This document shows positions 62,778 through 64,000 of a stretch of DNA of 64,000 bases, piece after piece. The position numbers and the translations under genes were made by a program. The DNA is taken from sequence record OQ939939; one strand, written 5' to 3'. The notes beneath the pieces are model-generated. The model was not told where the DNA came from, did not search any database, and saw only the letters and a list, made by a program, of their open reading frames with translations. Numbering within the stretch: position 1 is the first letter of the stretch; every line of letters begins with the position of its first letter. Source of the stretch: Escherichia phage SUT_E1620.

Positions 62778-62784
62778 TAATAAA

Positions 62785-62830
62785 ATTTCAGTTGCTCAGA
62801 TGCCACAAGTATTGTATAATATGTTTATAG
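62785..62830 (+). promoter_or_regulatory. Sigma70-type early promoter
   Basis: TTGCTC (62792-62797), N17, TATAAT (62815-62820). Confidence 0.7.
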
Positions 62831-62851
62831 ATTGAGGCAAAAGGATAATTT

Positions 62852-63550
62852 ATGAGAATCATTTCAAAGTTCAATGATGTATACGATTTGCAGAATAGTT
62901 TATTTGATCCAGATCGTGTCTGGGAGCGTAAAACTGAAGAGCTGCTAGTAAAAGTAACCGACGATGTAGAAAAGAATATTGTTCATAATCGTCAGGTGTT
63001 TCGTGAAGGTTCCTTATCCTTCCGTGGTGATTTCGAATACTCAGTAAATCCGCTGTTTATTGCAGGTGAAGTTTACTGGTTACATGAGCTGTCCTGCTGG
63101 CATCCGGCATTCAGTTTCAAAACGTTCAACATCGATGCTGTATTTGATAAAATGGAAGAAATGGGATTACATGCCCGTTCTTACTTACTAGACAAGAATC
63201 GTGGTGATGTTCGTGAAACCATGCGAGATATGTTGGTTGAAGCAAAACCTAAAGCAGAACGTATCTTATCTGAACTGCGCGTACCAATTGCATATGTGAA
63301 AGGTATTAAGAAGAACGATAACGATGATGTTCGTAACTTCGTAATTCAGACAAACATTCGTTTCCACCAGTCAGGTATTCCGTGGCAGGAAATTGAAAGT
63401 AACTTATACCGTTTACACCAAGTTCTCGAACAGTATATCTTCGGTGTACTAGGAACTGGTGAGCCTGATATGATTACCGTATCAGATAAAGACAGGTTAG
63501 CAGCACATGGATTTGATACAAAAACTTCTTTCAGGAATATGGCAAGGTAA
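62852..63550 (+). CDS. Hypothetical protein (232 aa)
   Basis: ORF after consensus promoter, RBS AAAGGATAA. Confidence 0.6.
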   Translation: MRIISKFNDVYDLQNSLFDPDRVWERKTEELLVKVTDDVEKNIVHNRQVFREGSLSFRGDFEYSVNPLFIAGEVYWLHELSCWHPAFSFKTFNIDAVFDKMEEMGLHARSYLLDKNRGDVRETMRDMLVEAKPKAERILSELRVPIAYVKGIKKNDNDDVRNFVIQTNIRFHQSGIPWQEIESNLYRLHQVLEQYIFGVLGTGEPDMITVSDKDRLAAHGFDTKTSFRNMAR

Positions 63551-63956
63551 GTGGTATATCCTGGGAGCAGGTCTAGCGATAGGCATCGGATTCGGTGCTT
63601 ATCACTTAGTAAATAAGGTTGAGACTCTAGCAGGTGATCTTGCAGTAGCTACTAAAAAGATTACGTCCCTAGAGACTTCCCTTAATAATGTGAAAGCTGA
63701 GAGTGAACTTCGTGAAACTCGTATGAATCAGTATTTCACAATGAATAATGTTTCCCAAGCAGATCTAGACAAGAAAATTAGTCAGCTTGATAAAGCACTT
63801 AGTCGTCAAGACATTATAGCTGCAAAGCCTGGATTGGTTACATTAATTGCTAAAAAGCAGAGTAAGGAGTTCGAGGAAAGATTAGCATGTTTAACTGGAA
63901 ACTTGGAGTACTGCTCGCAGCCGCAATCACAATCACAGGCTGTGCAGAAGAAATAA
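63507..63956 (+). CDS. Hypothetical membrane-anchored coiled-coil protein (149 aa)
   Basis: N-terminal hydrophobic segment then coiled coil; start uncertain (overlaps upstream ORF by 44 nt). Confidence 0.45.
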   Translation: MDLIQKLLSGIWQGKWYILGAGLAIGIGFGAYHLVNKVETLAGDLAVATKKITSLETSLNNVKAESELRETRMNQYFTMNNVSQADLDKKISQLDKALSRQDIIAAKPGLVTLIAKKQSKEFEERLACLTGNLEYCSQPQSQSQAVQKK

Positions 63957-64000
63957 AACCAGAGCCTTCACATGAGTTAAAGCAAGCCCATGTTGACTGG

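Noticed and set aside
32000-62830. Repetitive promoter cassettes as a possible CRISPR array or direct-repeat array
   Set aside because: Repeats are about 45 bp with imperfect identity, irregular spacing of 0.3-3 kb and on both strands, each sitting immediately upstream of a gene or tRNA; this is a promoter family, not CRISPR repeats and spacers.
1-64000. rRNA genes, integrase/transposase genes or prophage attachment sites
   Set aside because: No rRNA-like conserved segments and no recognisable integrase or transposase motifs; the HNH genes are homing-endonuclease type and the genome organisation is that of a lytic T5-like phage.

Overview
This window is a T5-like (Tequintavirus-type) phage early/replication region, seen in reverse orientation relative to the usual T5 map; all calls are by eye from the sequence and ORF track, with no searches run. 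It opens with the 3' ends of two tail-fibre genes (+ strand), followed by a long minus-strand replication/recombination block (dUTPase, flap endonuclease, SbcCD-like nuclease, helicases, family-A DNA polymerase, primase, DnaB-like helicase, two-subunit NAD ligase, origin-binding-protein-like ATPase), then a minus-strand accessory operon (HAD hydrolase, Sir2-like protein, tandem paralogs), then anaerobic and aerobic ribonucleotide reductases, PhoH, DHFR, thymidylate synthase and RNase H. The right third (about 45.8-58.0 kb) is a dense tRNA island of roughly 30 tRNA genes, hand-folded, interleaved with HNH homing-endonuclease genes, small ORFs and ORF-free tracts. About 30 near-identical sigma70-type promoters (A-rich upstream, TTGCTT, 17-18 bp spacer, TATAAT, conserved ATAAATTGATGAGAGG-like downstream box) and about a dozen rho-independent terminators punctuate the region. 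The most interesting candidates are a promoter-driven ~830-nt ORF-free tract ending in tRNA-Arg, orphan tRNA T-arm elements, several non-canonical tRNAs, a zinc-ribbon-less Sir2-like protein in an accessory operon, and a near-perfect GrcA-like glycyl-radical protein far from nrdD. Coordinates of RNA genes and signals are approximate to within a few bases.
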